Assembly: GCA_030829985.1 (NCBI GenBank)
Contig: JAURNW010000024.1
Coordinates: 95 to 64,094, forward strand
DNA: 64,000 bases
DNA from: Gammaproteobacteria bacterium
GTDB taxonomy: Bacteria > Pseudomonadota > Gammaproteobacteria > Eutrophobiales > Eutrophobiaceae
Direction: 5' to 3'
In this document: piece after piece, positions 41,821 to 53,803 of the stretch
Position numbering within the stretch: the first letter of the stretch is position 1
Layout: every line of letters starts with the position of its first letter
Notes under the pieces: model-generated
Told to the model about the DNA's origin: nothing
The model's input: the letters and a program-made list of their open reading frames with translations, nothing else
The model's database searches: none
Made by a program: the position numbers and the translations under genes

Positions 41821-43269
41821 TTAATGTGATAATCCCGAACAGTCTTCATAGAGCTGTTTCGAAAGCGAACCAATATCACCGGCGCCCAGTGTAAGAAGCA
41901 GATCTCCTTCTTCAACTACACTTGAAAGAACATCAAGCAAAACATCTTTCTCTTCAATAAAGATAGGATCTACCTGACCCCTGAGTCGGATTGCACGGCA
42001 TAAGGAGCGACTATCCGCACCTGCGATATGTTTTTCACCGGCTGGGTAAACATCAAGAATCAATAGACTGTCCGCCTGGGAAAGCACACGGCTAAAGTCT
42101 TCAAACAAATCTCGCATACGCGTAAAGCGATGCGGTTGGTAAATCACAACCAGACGTCTGTCTGACCAGCCACCTTTTATAGCTGCCAGAGTTGCCTCAA
42201 TTTCTGTCGGATGATGTGCATAATCATCAATCAATGTAACGTTGCATTTATTAATCTTGATATCACCACTGACATTACAACGACGTGATATACCCTGAAA
42301 ATTACATAGCGCACTTATGATGTTCTCGTCACTAACACCTAATTCATGCGCAACTGCAATTGATGCCAGAGCATTTAATATATTATGTTTACCAGGTAAA
42401 TTGAGTTCGACTTCTAACCAGTCTTTTTTATCTTTACGTGAAACCCTGAACCAGGTTTTTGCTTTTTCCTGACGTAATAATTCAGCATTATAATCAGCTT
42501 CAAAATCAATACCGTAAGTCACAACGGGTTTTGTGACATCGGGCAATATTTTCCTTATGCCCTCATCATCAATGCATAACACGGCTAAACCATAAAAAGG
42601 TAATTGATGTAAAAACTCGACAAAGTTATGTCGTAAATTCGCAAAGTCACCGCCATAAGTATCGAGATGATCAGCGTCAATATTAGTTATGACAGAGATG
42701 ATAGGATAAAGATGAAGAAACGAAGCATCACTTTCATCTGCTTCTGCAACAATGTACTTACCGCTACCTAGACGAGCATGAGCGCCCGAACTGTTCAATA
42801 AACCACCAATAACATAGGTGGGATCAAGGCCGCCTTCTGCCAACACGCTGGCAACCAGACTGGTAGTTGTTGTTTTGCCATGTGTGCCGGCAATAGCAAT
42901 ACCCTGGCTGAAACGCATCAGTTCCGCCAGCATCTCTGCACGACGTACAACGGGTGTTCTATTATCGCGTGCGGCACATACTTCTTCATTGTTATCGTCT
43001 ATTGCACTTGTTACGACAACAACGTCCGCATTTTTAATATTTTCTGCAGAATGTCCCATGGTTATGGGAATACCTAATGATTGCAGTCTTTCTGTAATGG
43101 CACCTTGTTTTATATCAGAACCACTTACTTCATAACCCAGATCCATCAGCACCTCGGCAATACCACCCATACCAGCACCACCGATACCCACGAAGTGAAT
43201 GTGTTTTACTCTACCCATTACATGTGTTTGCATATCAGGCATGTGCGGCCTCCATGCATAATTTTGCAA
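41821..43269 (-). CDS. murC: UDP-N-acetylmuramate--L-alanine ligase MurC
   Basis: [15 protein letters not shown]-terminal motif. The start may be one of the internal Mets (43242/43233/43218). Confidence 0.9.
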   Translation of the reverse strand: MQNYAWRPHMPDMQTHVMGRVKHIHFVGIGGAGMGGIAEVLMDLGYEVSGSDIKQGAITERLQSLGIPITMGHSAENIKNADVVVVTSAIDDNNEEVCAARDNRTPVVRRAEMLAELMRFSQGIAIAGTHGKTTTTSLVASVLAEGGLDPTYVIGGLLNSSGAHARLGSGKYIVAEADESDASFLHLYPIISVITNIDADHLDTYGGDFANLRHNFVEFLHQLPFYGLAVLCIDDEGIRKILPDVTKPVVTYGIDFEADYNAELLRQEKAKTWFRVSRKDKKDWLEVELNLPGKHNILNALASIAVAHELGVSDENIISALCNFQGISRRCNVSGDIKINKCNVTLIDDYAHHPTEIEATLAAIKGGWSDRRLVVIYQPHRFTRMRDLFEDFSRVLSQADSLLILDVYPAGEKHIAGADSRSLCRAIRLRGQVDPIFIEEKDVLLDVLSSVVEEGDLLLTLGAGDIGSLSKQLYEDCSGLSH

Positions 43270-44320
43270 CGATCATTGTCGCATCAGGTTTTGCAAGTGA
43301 ACGCGCTTTTATAGCCATTTGGACTATTCGTTCAGGTGCGTGCAATAACTCCAGTAACACTGCTTTCAATTTTTCTACGTTAAGCTGTGTTTCCTGTATT
43401 TGAATTGCTGCACCTTGAGTAGAAAGATAGTTTGCATTCGCTGTCTGGTGATCATCAACCGCATAAGGAAAAGGAATCAATATCGCACCAACCCCGCATG
43501 CCGCTAATTCAGCAACGGTTAATGCACCGGCACGACAGATGACTATATCCGCCCAGGCATAAGTAGCGGCCATATCTTCAATGAAGGCCAGCACTTCTGC
43601 CTCGACATTACTATCTTTATAGGCATCACTGATTTTTGAATAATGTCGTTCCCCGCATTGATGTTTAACCTGAACCTGATAGTCATTGCTTAACATAAGT
43701 AATGTTTCTGGTATGACTTCATTCAGTGCTTTTGCGCCAAGACTGCCACCAAGTACCAGAATTTTAATCACATCAGTATTACGATTTGCAAAACGCTCTT
43801 CAGGCTCGGGTAAGCTTACTATTTCAGAACGAACCGGATTACCCGTGATGGCGACTTTTTTAGAGGCTTTAAATGCATCAGGGAATGCGGCCATGACAGT
43901 AACAGCGAATGGTGCCAGTAAACGATTGGTAATACCGGATATTGCATTTTGTTCATGGATTAAAAGAGGTATGCGCATTAACCATGCGGCTATGCCACCC
44001 GGTCCGCTTGCAAAGCCACCCATACCTAACACAGCTACAGGACGTATTTTAATCATGATCAAAAGTGCCTGAGCCAGTGCGATGAATAGCATGAACGGTG
44101 TCATCAATAATCTAAGTATGCCTTTACCTCTAATCCCGGCGACACTGATCTTCAATAAAGGATATCCATGATTTGGAACAACCTTGTTTTCAAGACCTTT
44201 CTTCGTACCTAACCAGAATAAATTAAAACCATTGTCTTTTAGGTAATCAGCAACAGCCAATGCCGGATAGATATGTCCTCCAGTACCACCTGCCATGATA
44301 AGTATATTTTTATCACGCAT
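43235..44320 (-). CDS. murG: UDP-GlcNAc:lipid I N-acetylglucosaminyltransferase MurG
   Basis: GGTGGH motif. The track ORF starts at 44413, but [16 protein letters not shown] (44320) matches MurG N-termini and gives an 8-nt overlap with ftsW. Confidence 0.85.
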   Translation of the reverse strand: MRDKNILIMAGGTGGHIYPALAVADYLKDNGFNLFWLGTKKGLENKVVPNHGYPLLKISVAGIRGKGILRLLMTPFMLFIALAQALLIMIKIRPVAVLGMGGFASGPGGIAAWLMRIPLLIHEQNAISGITNRLLAPFAVTVMAAFPDAFKASKKVAITGNPVRSEIVSLPEPEERFANRNTDVIKILVLGGSLGAKALNEVIPETLLMLSNDYQVQVKHQCGERHYSKISDAYKDSNVEAEVLAFIEDMAATYAWADIVICRAGALTVAELAACGVGAILIPFPYAVDDHQTANANYLSTQGAAIQIQETQLNVEKLKAVLLELLHAPERIVQMAIKARSLAKPDATMIVAKLCMEAAHA

Positions 44321-45518
44321 AGGCTGGTACCACATCTGAATTAATATGACGTTTGTCTTGCCGACTCTCATATTCAATACGTAAGAGAATGCCAAGTAAC
44401 ATACAAAAGACAATTAAACTATTACCACCATAGCTCATCAGTGGCAACGTCAGTCCCTTGGTAGGTAATACACCCATGTTTACACCGATATTGATGTAAG
44501 CCTGTATACCCAAGATCAAACCGATGCCATAAGCAAAGTAAGCAGAAAAATATTCTTCAACCCGTTCTGCTATATGTCCAATTACAAACGCACGCCAAAC
44601 AATAAATGAATATAAAAGTATCATAGTGATGGTGCCGACCAATCCAAGCTCTTCAGCTAAAACAGAAAAGACAAAGTCTGTATGTGCTTCGGGCAGGTAA
44701 AAAAGTTTTTGCACACTGCTGCCAAGTCCAACCCCAAACCAGTCGCCACGACCAAATGCAATCAACGCCTGCGTTAACTGAAATCCACTGTCATAGGGAT
44801 CCTTCCAGGGATCAACAAAACTCATAAGGCGCTGCATTCGATAAGGAGAAAGTATTGCTAGCGTAATTAATGCACTAACTGCGACAGAGACCCATGCAAA
44901 AAAACGGACTAGTGGAACGCCACCCATGAATAACATACCAAGCGCTGTAGCAAATAGAACAACGCTTGCACCAAAATCAGGTTCAAGTAATAACAAGCCG
45001 GAAATCAAGGTTAAGACACCTATTGGTCTTATAAATCCGGCAAAGTCCGTTTGCACAGTTTGACGATGACGAACCATATAACCTGCTAAATAACCAATCA
45101 CACATAACTTGACCGGTTCAGATGCCTGTAATGAGAATGGCCCTAACTGTACCCAGCGCATACTGCCATTAACCTCTTTACCAATCCCCGGGATCAGAAT
45201 CAAAATCAATAAAAATATTGCACCTATCAATAATGGCAGACTGATAAATTCCCAAAAACTCATTGGGATTTTCAAGATCACGAAAGCGAGAGACAAACCT
45301 ATGACGGCAGCAAAACCCTGACGCCAAAAATAATGTAGCGGGTCATCAAATTCTTTGGCAGATATTGAGATAGAAGCAGACGCAACCATTATCAAACCAA
45401 TACACAAAATTAATAGCGCAATACCCATTAGCCAAAGGTCATAACCTGCCATCAATTTATTCTTCACATGGTAGTGCGAAGCTAATGTTGCCTGTTGTTT
45501 ATATCGAGCAGACATCAA
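44313..45518 (-). CDS. ftsW: Peptidoglycan glycosyltransferase FtsW (SEDS family)
   Basis: 10-TM SEDS protein between murD and murG. Confidence 0.9.
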   Translation of the reverse strand: MMSARYKQQATLASHYHVKNKLMAGYDLWLMGIALLILCIGLIMVASASISISAKEFDDPLHYFWRQGFAAVIGLSLAFVILKIPMSFWEFISLPLLIGAIFLLILILIPGIGKEVNGSMRWVQLGPFSLQASEPVKLCVIGYLAGYMVRHRQTVQTDFAGFIRPIGVLTLISGLLLLEPDFGASVVLFATALGMLFMGGVPLVRFFAWVSVAVSALITLAILSPYRMQRLMSFVDPWKDPYDSGFQLTQALIAFGRGDWFGVGLGSSVQKLFYLPEAHTDFVFSVLAEELGLVGTITMILLYSFIVWRAFVIGHIAERVEEYFSAYFAYGIGLILGIQAYINIGVNMGVLPTKGLTLPLMSYGGNSLIVFCMLLGILLRIEYESRQDKRHINSDVVPAYA

Positions 45519-46864
45519 CAGGACTCCAATCTATTAACGGCGTTAACAAAAACATCACCGCGTTGCTGATAATTGTCATACATATCCAGACTGGCACAGG
45601 CAGGCGCAAGTAATACTAAATCACCGGGCGTTGCTATTTCATTTGCACGGGCGACTGCTGTATCCATATCATCAACAAATTCATACGCCACTTCTGTGCC
45701 AATTACATCTGCAATTCTTTTCGCATCAACACCTAATAAAAAAACATGTATCACATATTGTCGAACAGCTTGAGTTAGACTCGACAGATCTGCATTTTTA
45801 CTATCACCACCGGCAATTAAAATAATTGGGCCAACATCACATAACCCTTCAATTGATGCGATGCATGCACCAACGTTGGTTGCTTTAGAATCGTTATACC
45901 AACTAACCTTATTTACTGTTCTGACCCATTGGCATCGATGTGGTAGACCTTTAAACCTGCTTAACGTATCCACCATGACTAATTCCGGAACATTAACAGA
46001 ACTGACCAACGCCATTGCAGCCAATGCGTTAGCAACATTATGTTTACCCTTAATGCCCAGTTCACTTTGTTTGATTATTTTATTCTCGCCCTGACATAAC
46101 CAAACTGTATCGTTTTCTTTTATGACACCAAAATTATTACCACTCGGCTTTGTAAGCGAATAAGAAATTATCATTCTTGTGTCATCTATCATTGCTTTGG
46201 TGTACCCATCATCCTGATTGATGACCATCAAGCCATTGCCTGAATAAATTTTTTTCTTGGCCTCAGCGTAATTATCAATAGTTGAATAACGATCCATATG
46301 ATCTGGAGACACATTTAATACTGCAGCAGCATGTGCATTAAGCGAAAACGTTGTTTCCAATTGAAAACTGGATAATTCCAGAACATATACGTCGGGAACC
46401 GCACCCTGTAAAAGCTCAAGAGCAGGTGTTCCAAGATTGCCACCTACCCTTGTCTTTAATCCTGCTGCCTGTGTCATCTCGGCAACTAAAGTGGTAACAG
46501 TACTCTTTCCATTTGATCCTGATATTGCAATGATTGGCGCCTTGGCTTCCTGACAAAATAATTCAACATCACCCATTACCGGAATGCCCTTTTCAATTGC
46601 CAGTTTTACTGATTCTTCTTCAACGGAAACTCCCGGACTCAATATGAGTTGATCTGACAGCAGTAAGACTTGCGCAGAAATTTCACCCAGATAAACAGGA
46701 ACGTCGGGGAATTCTTTTTTTAAGGATGTTAATTCGGGCGGAGTGACACGACTATCTGTCACTGCTATAGATAAGCCTTTATGTGAAAGATAACGGACGC
46801 AGGAAAGCCCGGTCTTGCCAAGACCAATAATAACTGCATCATAATGAAGTTCAGTATCTTTCAT
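45515..46864 (-). CDS. murD: UDP-N-acetylmuramoylalanine--D-glutamate ligase MurD
   Basis: Mur ligase motifs. The track start at 46894 is a TTG; the ATG at 46864 (MKDTELHYDAVIIGLG) has an SD and matches MurD N-termini. Confidence 0.85.
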   Translation of the reverse strand: MKDTELHYDAVIIGLGKTGLSCVRYLSHKGLSIAVTDSRVTPPELTSLKKEFPDVPVYLGEISAQVLLLSDQLILSPGVSVEEESVKLAIEKGIPVMGDVELFCQEAKAPIIAISGSNGKSTVTTLVAEMTQAAGLKTRVGGNLGTPALELLQGAVPDVYVLELSSFQLETTFSLNAHAAAVLNVSPDHMDRYSTIDNYAEAKKKIYSGNGLMVINQDDGYTKAMIDDTRMIISYSLTKPSGNNFGVIKENDTVWLCQGENKIIKQSELGIKGKHNVANALAAMALVSSVNVPELVMVDTLSRFKGLPHRCQWVRTVNKVSWYNDSKATNVGACIASIEGLCDVGPIILIAGGDSKNADLSSLTQAVRQYVIHVFLLGVDAKRIADVIGTEVAYEFVDDMDTAVARANEIATPGDLVLLAPACASLDMYDNYQQRGDVFVNAVNRLESC

Positions 46865-46904
46865 GGTTATCTCTTTTTCTAAAATACAATGCAACTGGCA
46901 TCCC

Positions 46905-47987
46905 TCATCGAATCTTCAAACTGGCAAGACCAACCAATACCAGAATGACTGTAATGATCCAGAAACGAACGATAACGCGAGGTTCTGGCCAGCCTTTAAG
47001 TTCGTAGTGATGATGCAACGGCGCCATTCTAAAAATTCTTTTACCGGTTAATTTGAATGATCCGACTTGTAAAATGACCGAAACTGTTTCCATAACGAAA
47101 ACACCACCCATAATAAAGAGCGCCAGTTCCTGTCGCGTAACAACGGCAACCACACCTAAAGCAGCGCCAAGAGATAAAGCACCTATATCTCCCATAAAGA
47201 CTTGCGCCGGGTAAGTGTTAAACCAAAGAAAACCCAAACCGGCACCCACTATTGCTCCACAGAAAACGGCAATTTCGCCAACACCCGGTACATAAGGAAT
47301 TCCGAGATATTCAGCAAAACGAACATGGCCGGTTGCATAAGCAAAGATTGCTAATGCGCCAGCAACCATTACTGTTGGTAATATCGCAAGACCATCCAGT
47401 CCATCAGTGAGATTTACCGCATTACTTGAGCCAACGATGACGAAGTACGCGAGTACGACATATAACCATTCAAGATCAAACACCAAGACTTTAACAAACG
47501 GTACGATTAGTTGGGTTTCTGCAGGTAGTACTGCTGTTTGATAAAGATAAAACGCTGCACCCAAACCAACAATTGATTGTGATGCGTACTTATATTTTGC
47601 ACTCAAGCCTTTGGGATTGTTGTAAATAACTTTTTTATAGTCATCGATTAAACCAATAACCCCGAAAAGCAATGTAACTATCGCTACAACCAGAACATAG
47701 CGGTTAGTTAGATCAGCCCAACACAGTGTACTGAACATAATAGAGACCAGTATTAACAATCCACCCATAGTTGGTGTACCGGTCTTATCAAGATGTGATT
47801 TTGGACCATCATCTCTGACACTTTGACCAATTTGCTTACTGGTTAATTGACGTATTAAGTAAGGTCCTAATATGAAAGAAATAAATAATGAAGTCAGGAC
47901 GCCAAATATGGTTCTCAATGTAAGGTAGCGAAAGACACTAAAGCCACTATCAATTTGAATAAGATATTCTGCTAACCAGAGCAACAT
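46905..47987 (-). CDS. mraY: Phospho-N-acetylmuramoyl-pentapeptide transferase MraY
   Basis: MLLWLAEYL... N-terminus colinear with E. coli MraY. Confidence 0.95.
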   Translation of the reverse strand: MLLWLAEYLIQIDSGFSVFRYLTLRTIFGVLTSLFISFILGPYLIRQLTSKQIGQSVRDDGPKSHLDKTGTPTMGGLLILVSIMFSTLCWADLTNRYVLVVAIVTLLFGVIGLIDDYKKVIYNNPKGLSAKYKYASQSIVGLGAAFYLYQTAVLPAETQLIVPFVKVLVFDLEWLYVVLAYFVIVGSSNAVNLTDGLDGLAILPTVMVAGALAIFAYATGHVRFAEYLGIPYVPGVGEIAVFCGAIVGAGLGFLWFNTYPAQVFMGDIGALSLGAALGVVAVVTRQELALFIMGGVFVMETVSVILQVGSFKLTGKRIFRMAPLHHHYELKGWPEPRVIVRFWIITVILVLVGLASLKIR

Positions 47988-49346
47988 TTATACGTGCTCC
48001 TCTGTTAACGTATTTACAATACGTTCCATTTGCATCGCACGTGACCCTTTAACCAGAATAGTCGTATCCATATTCAGTAGTGTAATAAGTGCTTTTTCCA
48101 ATGCTTCGTATGAATCAAAGTGCGTTGCACCTGGACCAAAACCCTGCGTTGCATTCATGCTTAATTCACCAATAGTAAATAAACCTTCTATGCCCGATTG
48201 CTTTGCTAATTCACCGGCATCCTTATGAAGACTTATAGCTGTATCACCCAATTCACCCATATCACCTAACACCAGATAACGTGAGCCTGCATAATTTTTT
48301 AAGACGTTTATCCCCGCATTCAATGAAGTCGGGTTTGCATTATATGTATCATCAATAATCCGGGCGCCTTGCTTGCCTTGTTTAATTTGTAATCGTCCCT
48401 TTATAGATGATAATTTTTCCAATCCACTTTTTATTGTTTCCAGTGATATGCCCAGGCTCAGACAACACGCGCTGGCGGCAAGAGCATTCATAACATTATG
48501 TTCACCTGATAAGGGTAAACAAACTTTGACTGAATCCCCGCTGTTAAATAAGTCGAACTCAGTTGCTGCTCCCTGACTGGCATGCTGTATGTTTTTTGCA
48601 CGTACATCCGCATGGTCAGAAATCACACCAAAGCTTAATTGTTTTAAACCTTCACACTTTTTTCTCCAGAATTCAGCATAGGTATCATCTGCATTAATTA
48701 TTGCAGTACCAGAAGCTTGCAATCCTGAATATATTTCAGCTTTAGCACTCGCTACACCATCGATATCACCAAAACCTTCAAGATGCGCAGGAGCACATTG
48801 CGTTATCACTGCCACGTTCGGACACGCAATAGCACTCAGCCATTCTATTTCTCCGGGATGATTAGCACCCATTTCTATAACGGCATACTGATGCTTTTTA
48901 TCCAGACCAAATAAAGTCAATGGAACACCAATGTCATTATTCAAATTACCCGACGTAGCATGCACATTGGCTATTACAGACAAAATACTACTGACCATTT
49001 CTTTAACTGTTGTTTTGCCATTGCTACCGGTTATTGCAATTACGGGAATGGTCATTTCCTGACGCCAGGATCGGGCTAATAATCCCATGGCTTTTCGTGT
49101 ATCACTTACTCTTAAAACCGGTTTGCAATGAGTCACATCACGTTCAAGCAATAATGAAGAAGCACCTTTATCTTCAGCTAGCGAGACATAGTCATGACCA
49201 TCGAATTGTTCACCACTTAAAGCAATAAACAAATTTCCTTTTTCAAGCGTACGACTATCTGTACTGCATCCAGAAAAAGTAATGTCTTCACCATGATAGT
49301 TTGACTCGATGGCCCTGGCTGCTTTGGAAAGTGACATACTGATCAT
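47988..49346 (-). CDS. murF: UDP-MurNAc-tripeptide--D-Ala-D-Ala ligase MurF
   Basis: Mur ligase P-loop ITGSNGKTT. Confidence 0.9.
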   Translation of the reverse strand: MISMSLSKAARAIESNYHGEDITFSGCSTDSRTLEKGNLFIALSGEQFDGHDYVSLAEDKGASSLLLERDVTHCKPVLRVSDTRKAMGLLARSWRQEMTIPVIAITGSNGKTTVKEMVSSILSVIANVHATSGNLNNDIGVPLTLFGLDKKHQYAVIEMGANHPGEIEWLSAIACPNVAVITQCAPAHLEGFGDIDGVASAKAEIYSGLQASGTAIINADDTYAEFWRKKCEGLKQLSFGVISDHADVRAKNIQHASQGAATEFDLFNSGDSVKVCLPLSGEHNVMNALAASACCLSLGISLETIKSGLEKLSSIKGRLQIKQGKQGARIIDDTYNANPTSLNAGINVLKNYAGSRYLVLGDMGELGDTAISLHKDAGELAKQSGIEGLFTIGELSMNATQGFGPGATHFDSYEALEKALITLLNMDTTILVKGSRAMQMERIVNTLTEEHV

Positions 49347-50854
49347 GATTGCTGTTCCGTCAGTCGTCTGGCTAATTCGCGATCACTAAAGGGCAATAGA
49401 GATGTGCCAATTTGTTGAGTATTTTCGTGACCTTTACCCGCAATCAAAACCACATCATTTTCATGGGCGTTTAAAAAAGTATTGGTTATGGCATCTGATC
49501 GATCATATTTAATCGTCACACGGGACTTATCCTGAATACCTTCAAGAATATTCTCAATAATGCCTTCGGCCGTTTCCGTTCGTGGATTGTCATTGGTTAA
49601 AACAATATGATCTGCAAGTTTTTCTGCTATTGCTCCCATCTGTGGTCGTTTTCCGACATCACGATCACCACCACAACCGAATACACAATAGAGCTCGCCA
49701 CGACAATACGGTCTTAGAGCTAACAATGCCTTTTCCAACGCATCTGGAGTGTGCGCATAATCAACAATCACCAGCGGTTTACCCGCCGCAGTAAAGTATT
49801 CCATTCTGCCAGGTATGCCACTGAAACCAGATAAGGTTTCAGCAACTTTATCTGCGCTAAAGCCAGCTACACACAATGTGGAAAATGCAGCCAGGATATT
49901 ATCTATATTGAAAGAACCAAGCATACTGGTTTGTATAGCAAACTGTCCCCAGGGACTTTCTATTTTAATTTTTGTTTGAAGGCCTTCAGTCTCAATATTT
50001 TTGCAATAGACCAGCGCAATATTTTTATCATTCAACATCGCAGAGTTTGCTTGAATTGAATATGCAACGATATTGATCTTCGCCGGTATTTTATCTATTA
50101 ACTTAAGTCCATAAGGATCATTAATATTAACAATTGCGTGTTTTAAACCTTGTAATTGAAACAACTGAAATTTTGCAGCCGCATAATCATCTAGCGTTAG
50201 GTGGTAATCGAGATGATCTCGACTCAGGTTTGTAAAGACGGCAATGTCAAATGCAGTACCTGCAACTCTGCCCTGGTCAAGCGCATGTGATGATACTTCC
50301 ATCACTACAGAATCAATCTTATTTCGCCATTCGGATAGTAGTGAATGTAAGGTCACGGGATCCGGTGTCGTTGTCGAACCTTTTGCTATTTGTTTGAATG
50401 GTCCATAACCAAGTGTCCCCAACACGGCGCTTTGCTTGCCCAACGCATACAAGGCATAAGCAATCATGTAAGAAACTGTAGATTTACCATTAGTGCCAGT
50501 TACACCAATTAATTGCATGGCTTTCGATGGTTCATCATAAAACCGACTGATAATATCGCCAGCTCGTTGACGTAACCCGGGGACTCTAACCAATGTGACG
50601 GAGCTCGGTTTGATATCAAGCATTACATCACTATCAATTGCTACAGCAACAGCGCCAGAATGGATTGCAGCATCGATATAATCGACACCATTCACCGTTG
50701 ATCCACGATACGCTAAAAACAGATCACCAACCTGAACAGACCGACTATCGATAGCGACTCCTGTCACATTAATAGACGTATCAACACTGCAAATGTCCCT
50801 TAGCAGTTCATTTAGTGATTTTGAATAATTCAGATTTTCAACAGTCATCATCAT
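49343..50854 (-). CDS. murE: UDP-MurNAc-L-Ala-D-Glu--2,6-diaminopimelate ligase MurE
   Basis: GVTGTNGKST P-loop; dcw position. Confidence 0.9.
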   Translation of the reverse strand: MMMTVENLNYSKSLNELLRDICSVDTSINVTGVAIDSRSVQVGDLFLAYRGSTVNGVDYIDAAIHSGAVAVAIDSDVMLDIKPSSVTLVRVPGLRQRAGDIISRFYDEPSKAMQLIGVTGTNGKSTVSYMIAYALYALGKQSAVLGTLGYGPFKQIAKGSTTTPDPVTLHSLLSEWRNKIDSVVMEVSSHALDQGRVAGTAFDIAVFTNLSRDHLDYHLTLDDYAAAKFQLFQLQGLKHAIVNINDPYGLKLIDKIPAKINIVAYSIQANSAMLNDKNIALVYCKNIETEGLQTKIKIESPWGQFAIQTSMLGSFNIDNILAAFSTLCVAGFSADKVAETLSGFSGIPGRMEYFTAAGKPLVIVDYAHTPDALEKALLALRPYCRGELYCVFGCGGDRDVGKRPQMGAIAEKLADHIVLTNDNPRTETAEGIIENILEGIQDKSRVTIKYDRSDAITNTFLNAHENDVVLIAGKGHENTQQIGTSLLPFSDRELARRLTEQQS

Positions 50855-52584
50855 TCGAACCCCATTAATTGTTGAGGTTTGTGGCTTTTAGCCAGAATTG
50901 GACTGGTAAAAGCGGGTAAATCATCCGGCGGAACATTCAGTAATCTAAATGTTCCTTCCATGACTCTTGAAAAAACCGGTGCTGCAACTACACCACCATA
51001 GTGATGGTCGCCACCGGGCTCATCGATCAATACCACCATAGCGAACTGAGGTTCACTGGCAGGCGCAATGCCAGCAAAGACTGATAGATAACGATCGTCA
51101 GAATAACCACCGCGAATATACTTATAGACCGTGCCGGTCTTACCAATAACACGGTAGCCTCTTACAGCAGCCCTTTTCCCCGTTCCTTCTTCAGAGACGA
51201 CTGTTTCCAACATCTTTCTGACTTGTCGCGCAATATTTTCCGGTATAACACGCTTTCCAGAAACAGGACTGGTAACTTTAAGAAACGAGACTGGCAACAT
51301 CACACCGCCCGTTGCCAAAACGGAATACGCATGCGCAAGTTGTAACGGAGTAACAGAAATACCGTAACCAAATGACAAGGTTGCCATTTCGACATCAGAC
51401 CATGTGTTGTAAGGACTTAATGTCCCGGATGATTCTCCAGGAAAACCGCTGCCTACCAGTTGACCAAAACCAAAACTAGACAGAGTACTCCAGTATTGTT
51501 CCGGTTCCAGAGATAATGCGATCTTACTCGCGCCAACATTACTTGATTTAGTGATGACTGTGGAAACATTGATGTTTCCATAATTATGCATATCACGAAT
51601 GGTATGATCACCCACCTTAAAATAACCTGGCGATGTGTTGATGGCGGAATGCGGTGTGTAAATACCTGACTCCAACCCTGCTACGATAGTAAACGGTTTC
51701 ATTGTCGAACCGGGTTCAAATACATCTGTTACTGCACGGTTACGAAAATACTGACTCTTTAATACTTTACGATTATTCGGGTTATATGATGGGTACCCGA
51801 CCATCGCCATTACTTCACCGGTTTTAATATCCAGCATCACCAGAGAACCACTTCTTGCATGATGATATTTAACTGCAGTTGCCAATTCTCGATAGGCAAG
51901 ATATTGAACACGTCGATCAATACTCAAGGTGAGCCGTTTTCCAGGCTCGGACGGCTCGATACTTTCTATATTCTCAACGACTCGATTTAATCGATCTTTT
52001 AATACTCTTTTCTTACCAGGCTTACCGGTCAACCAATCGTCATAGGCGAGTTCCAGACCTTCCTGACCTTTATCATCAATATTGGTGAAACCAATAAAGT
52101 GAGATGTCACCTCTGCCGCAGGGTAATAACGTTTATATTCACGTTCTGTTGAAATACCTTTGATACCGAGCTCTTTTACGGCTGCAACCAAATCAGGATC
52201 AGCATGTCGTTTTAAATAAATAAAATCCCGACTGATTCGATCACGCAATAACTGTTGCAATTCATCAACAGTCATATTCATGACCTTGGCTAATTCAGAT
52301 AATCGATCTTCGTCTTCCATTACTTTTCTTGGTGTCACCCAGATTGAATCTACCGGCGTACTCATAGCCAATTGCTCGCCATTACGATCAGTAATCACAG
52401 CACGGTGTGCGGGTATATCAACAATACGAATAGATCGCGCATCGCCATGGTCTTTCAGGAAGTCATTTTCCAGAAGTTGCAGGTAAACAGCACGCGATGA
52501 TAATAAAACCATGCCACAAAGAAACAGACTCAGAATAAGCCAGCGGCGTATTGGATATTGTGCTTGTACAGTACGTAACTTCAT
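50851..52584 (-). CDS. ftsI: Peptidoglycan D,D-transpeptidase FtsI (PBP3)
   Basis: SxxK (STMK), SxN and KTG motifs; N-terminal TM. Confidence 0.95.
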   Translation of the reverse strand: MKLRTVQAQYPIRRWLILSLFLCGMVLLSSRAVYLQLLENDFLKDHGDARSIRIVDIPAHRAVITDRNGEQLAMSTPVDSIWVTPRKVMEDEDRLSELAKVMNMTVDELQQLLRDRISRDFIYLKRHADPDLVAAVKELGIKGISTEREYKRYYPAAEVTSHFIGFTNIDDKGQEGLELAYDDWLTGKPGKKRVLKDRLNRVVENIESIEPSEPGKRLTLSIDRRVQYLAYRELATAVKYHHARSGSLVMLDIKTGEVMAMVGYPSYNPNNRKVLKSQYFRNRAVTDVFEPGSTMKPFTIVAGLESGIYTPHSAINTSPGYFKVGDHTIRDMHNYGNINVSTVITKSSNVGASKIALSLEPEQYWSTLSSFGFGQLVGSGFPGESSGTLSPYNTWSDVEMATLSFGYGISVTPLQLAHAYSVLATGGVMLPVSFLKVTSPVSGKRVIPENIARQVRKMLETVVSEEGTGKRAAVRGYRVIGKTGTVYKYIRGGYSDDRYLSVFAGIAPASEPQFAMVVLIDEPGGDHHYGGVVAAPVFSRVMEGTFRLLNVPPDDLPAFTSPILAKSHKPQQLMGFE

Positions 52585-52850
52585 TTCGCTAATAGGACTA
52601 CTGCGTTTTGTTCCGGCATTTTCATGCCCAGATTTGTACGGGCAAACATCTCGATTCTGTCATTAATTGCCCATGTACTCTGTTCGAGCTGCAACCTGCC
52701 CCATTCTTCATTTAATTCATCGCGCGTTCGTTCCAGTGCCTGTAACTCAACAAACAAACGACGTGTTTCATGGCGAGCAATCACAACCTGTAAAGCTGAT
52801 AAGAATATTGCTATAAAAAATCCATACTGTAATAGCAGCTTCATAATCAA
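52581..52850 (-). CDS. ftsL: Cell division protein FtsL
   Basis: 89 aa single-TM coiled-coil protein between rsmH and ftsI. Confidence 0.85.
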   Translation of the reverse strand: MIMKLLLQYGFFIAIFLSALQVVIARHETRRLFVELQALERTRDELNEEWGRLQLEQSTWAINDRIEMFARTNLGMKMPEQNAVVLLAK

Positions 52851-53773
52851 CAGCGCTCCGCCACACGCAAGGTTGCACTGCGCGCTCTTGGGTTTAGTGC
52901 TAATTCTTCTTTACTCGCTCGTACTTTTTTACCTACTAACTTCAATCTCACGTTAGTATTGTCCGGCATGATCGGCAGTTCAGGCGGGTATTGTTCAGGC
53001 GTCGCTTCATCACGCATAAAACGTTTCACGATTCGATCTTCAAGTGAATGGAAACTGATTGCAGCAAGACGTCCGCCAGTACATAAAACTTCAACCGCTT
53101 GCGGTAATGCTTGCTTTATCTCATCAAGCTCACGGTTAATATAAATTCGTAATGCCTGAAATGTTTTAGTTGCCGGATGAATATCATGTTTTCTGGATGG
53201 CGCAGCCTGGCGAACAAGTTCTGCCAACTGAGACGTTTTCGTTATCGGATTTTCATTACGTGCATTGACTATAGATTTTGCGATACGTCTTGAGGCTCTT
53301 TCTTCACCATACTCATAAATAACATTAGCAATATCGGTTTCATTGGCAACATTCAACCAATCTGCAACACTTTGTCCAGTTGTTGGATCCATGCGCATGT
53401 CGAGTGGTGCATCAAACCTGAAACTAAAACCTCGCTCAGCATCATCCAATTGTGGCGATGAAACACCGAAGTCAAACAAGACACCAGCGACCTGTGCTTC
53501 CACTGCATGTCGCTTAACATGTTGCATCAACATAGTGAAAGAGCCTTTGATAATCTCAAAACGTTCATCCTGGGTAAGATCATTTTCAACTGACAAAATG
53601 GCATCAGGATCTTTATCAAAGGCAAGCAAACGACCTTTTGGGCCAAGTCGCTTAATAATTTCACGACTATGGCCACCTCGACCAAATGTACCATCAATGT
53701 AGAAACCATCTGCACGGATATTAAGTGCCTCTATAACCTCATCTAATAAGACTGGTTTGTGACCATTGCTCAA
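52847..53773 (-). CDS. rsmH: 16S rRNA m4C1402 methyltransferase RsmH (MraW)
   Basis: HKPVLLDE...DGTFGRGGHS N-terminus. Confidence 0.95.
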   Translation of the reverse strand: MSNGHKPVLLDEVIEALNIRADGFYIDGTFGRGGHSREIIKRLGPKGRLLAFDKDPDAILSVENDLTQDERFEIIKGSFTMLMQHVKRHAVEAQVAGVLFDFGVSSPQLDDAERGFSFRFDAPLDMRMDPTTGQSVADWLNVANETDIANVIYEYGEERASRRIAKSIVNARNENPITKTSQLAELVRQAAPSRKHDIHPATKTFQALRIYINRELDEIKQALPQAVEVLCTGGRLAAISFHSLEDRIVKRFMRDEATPEQYPPELPIMPDNTNVRLKLVGKKVRASKEELALNPRARSATLRVAERC

Positions 53774-53803
53774 TGTAATGAGTCGCTTAACGTCAACACG
53801 ACG

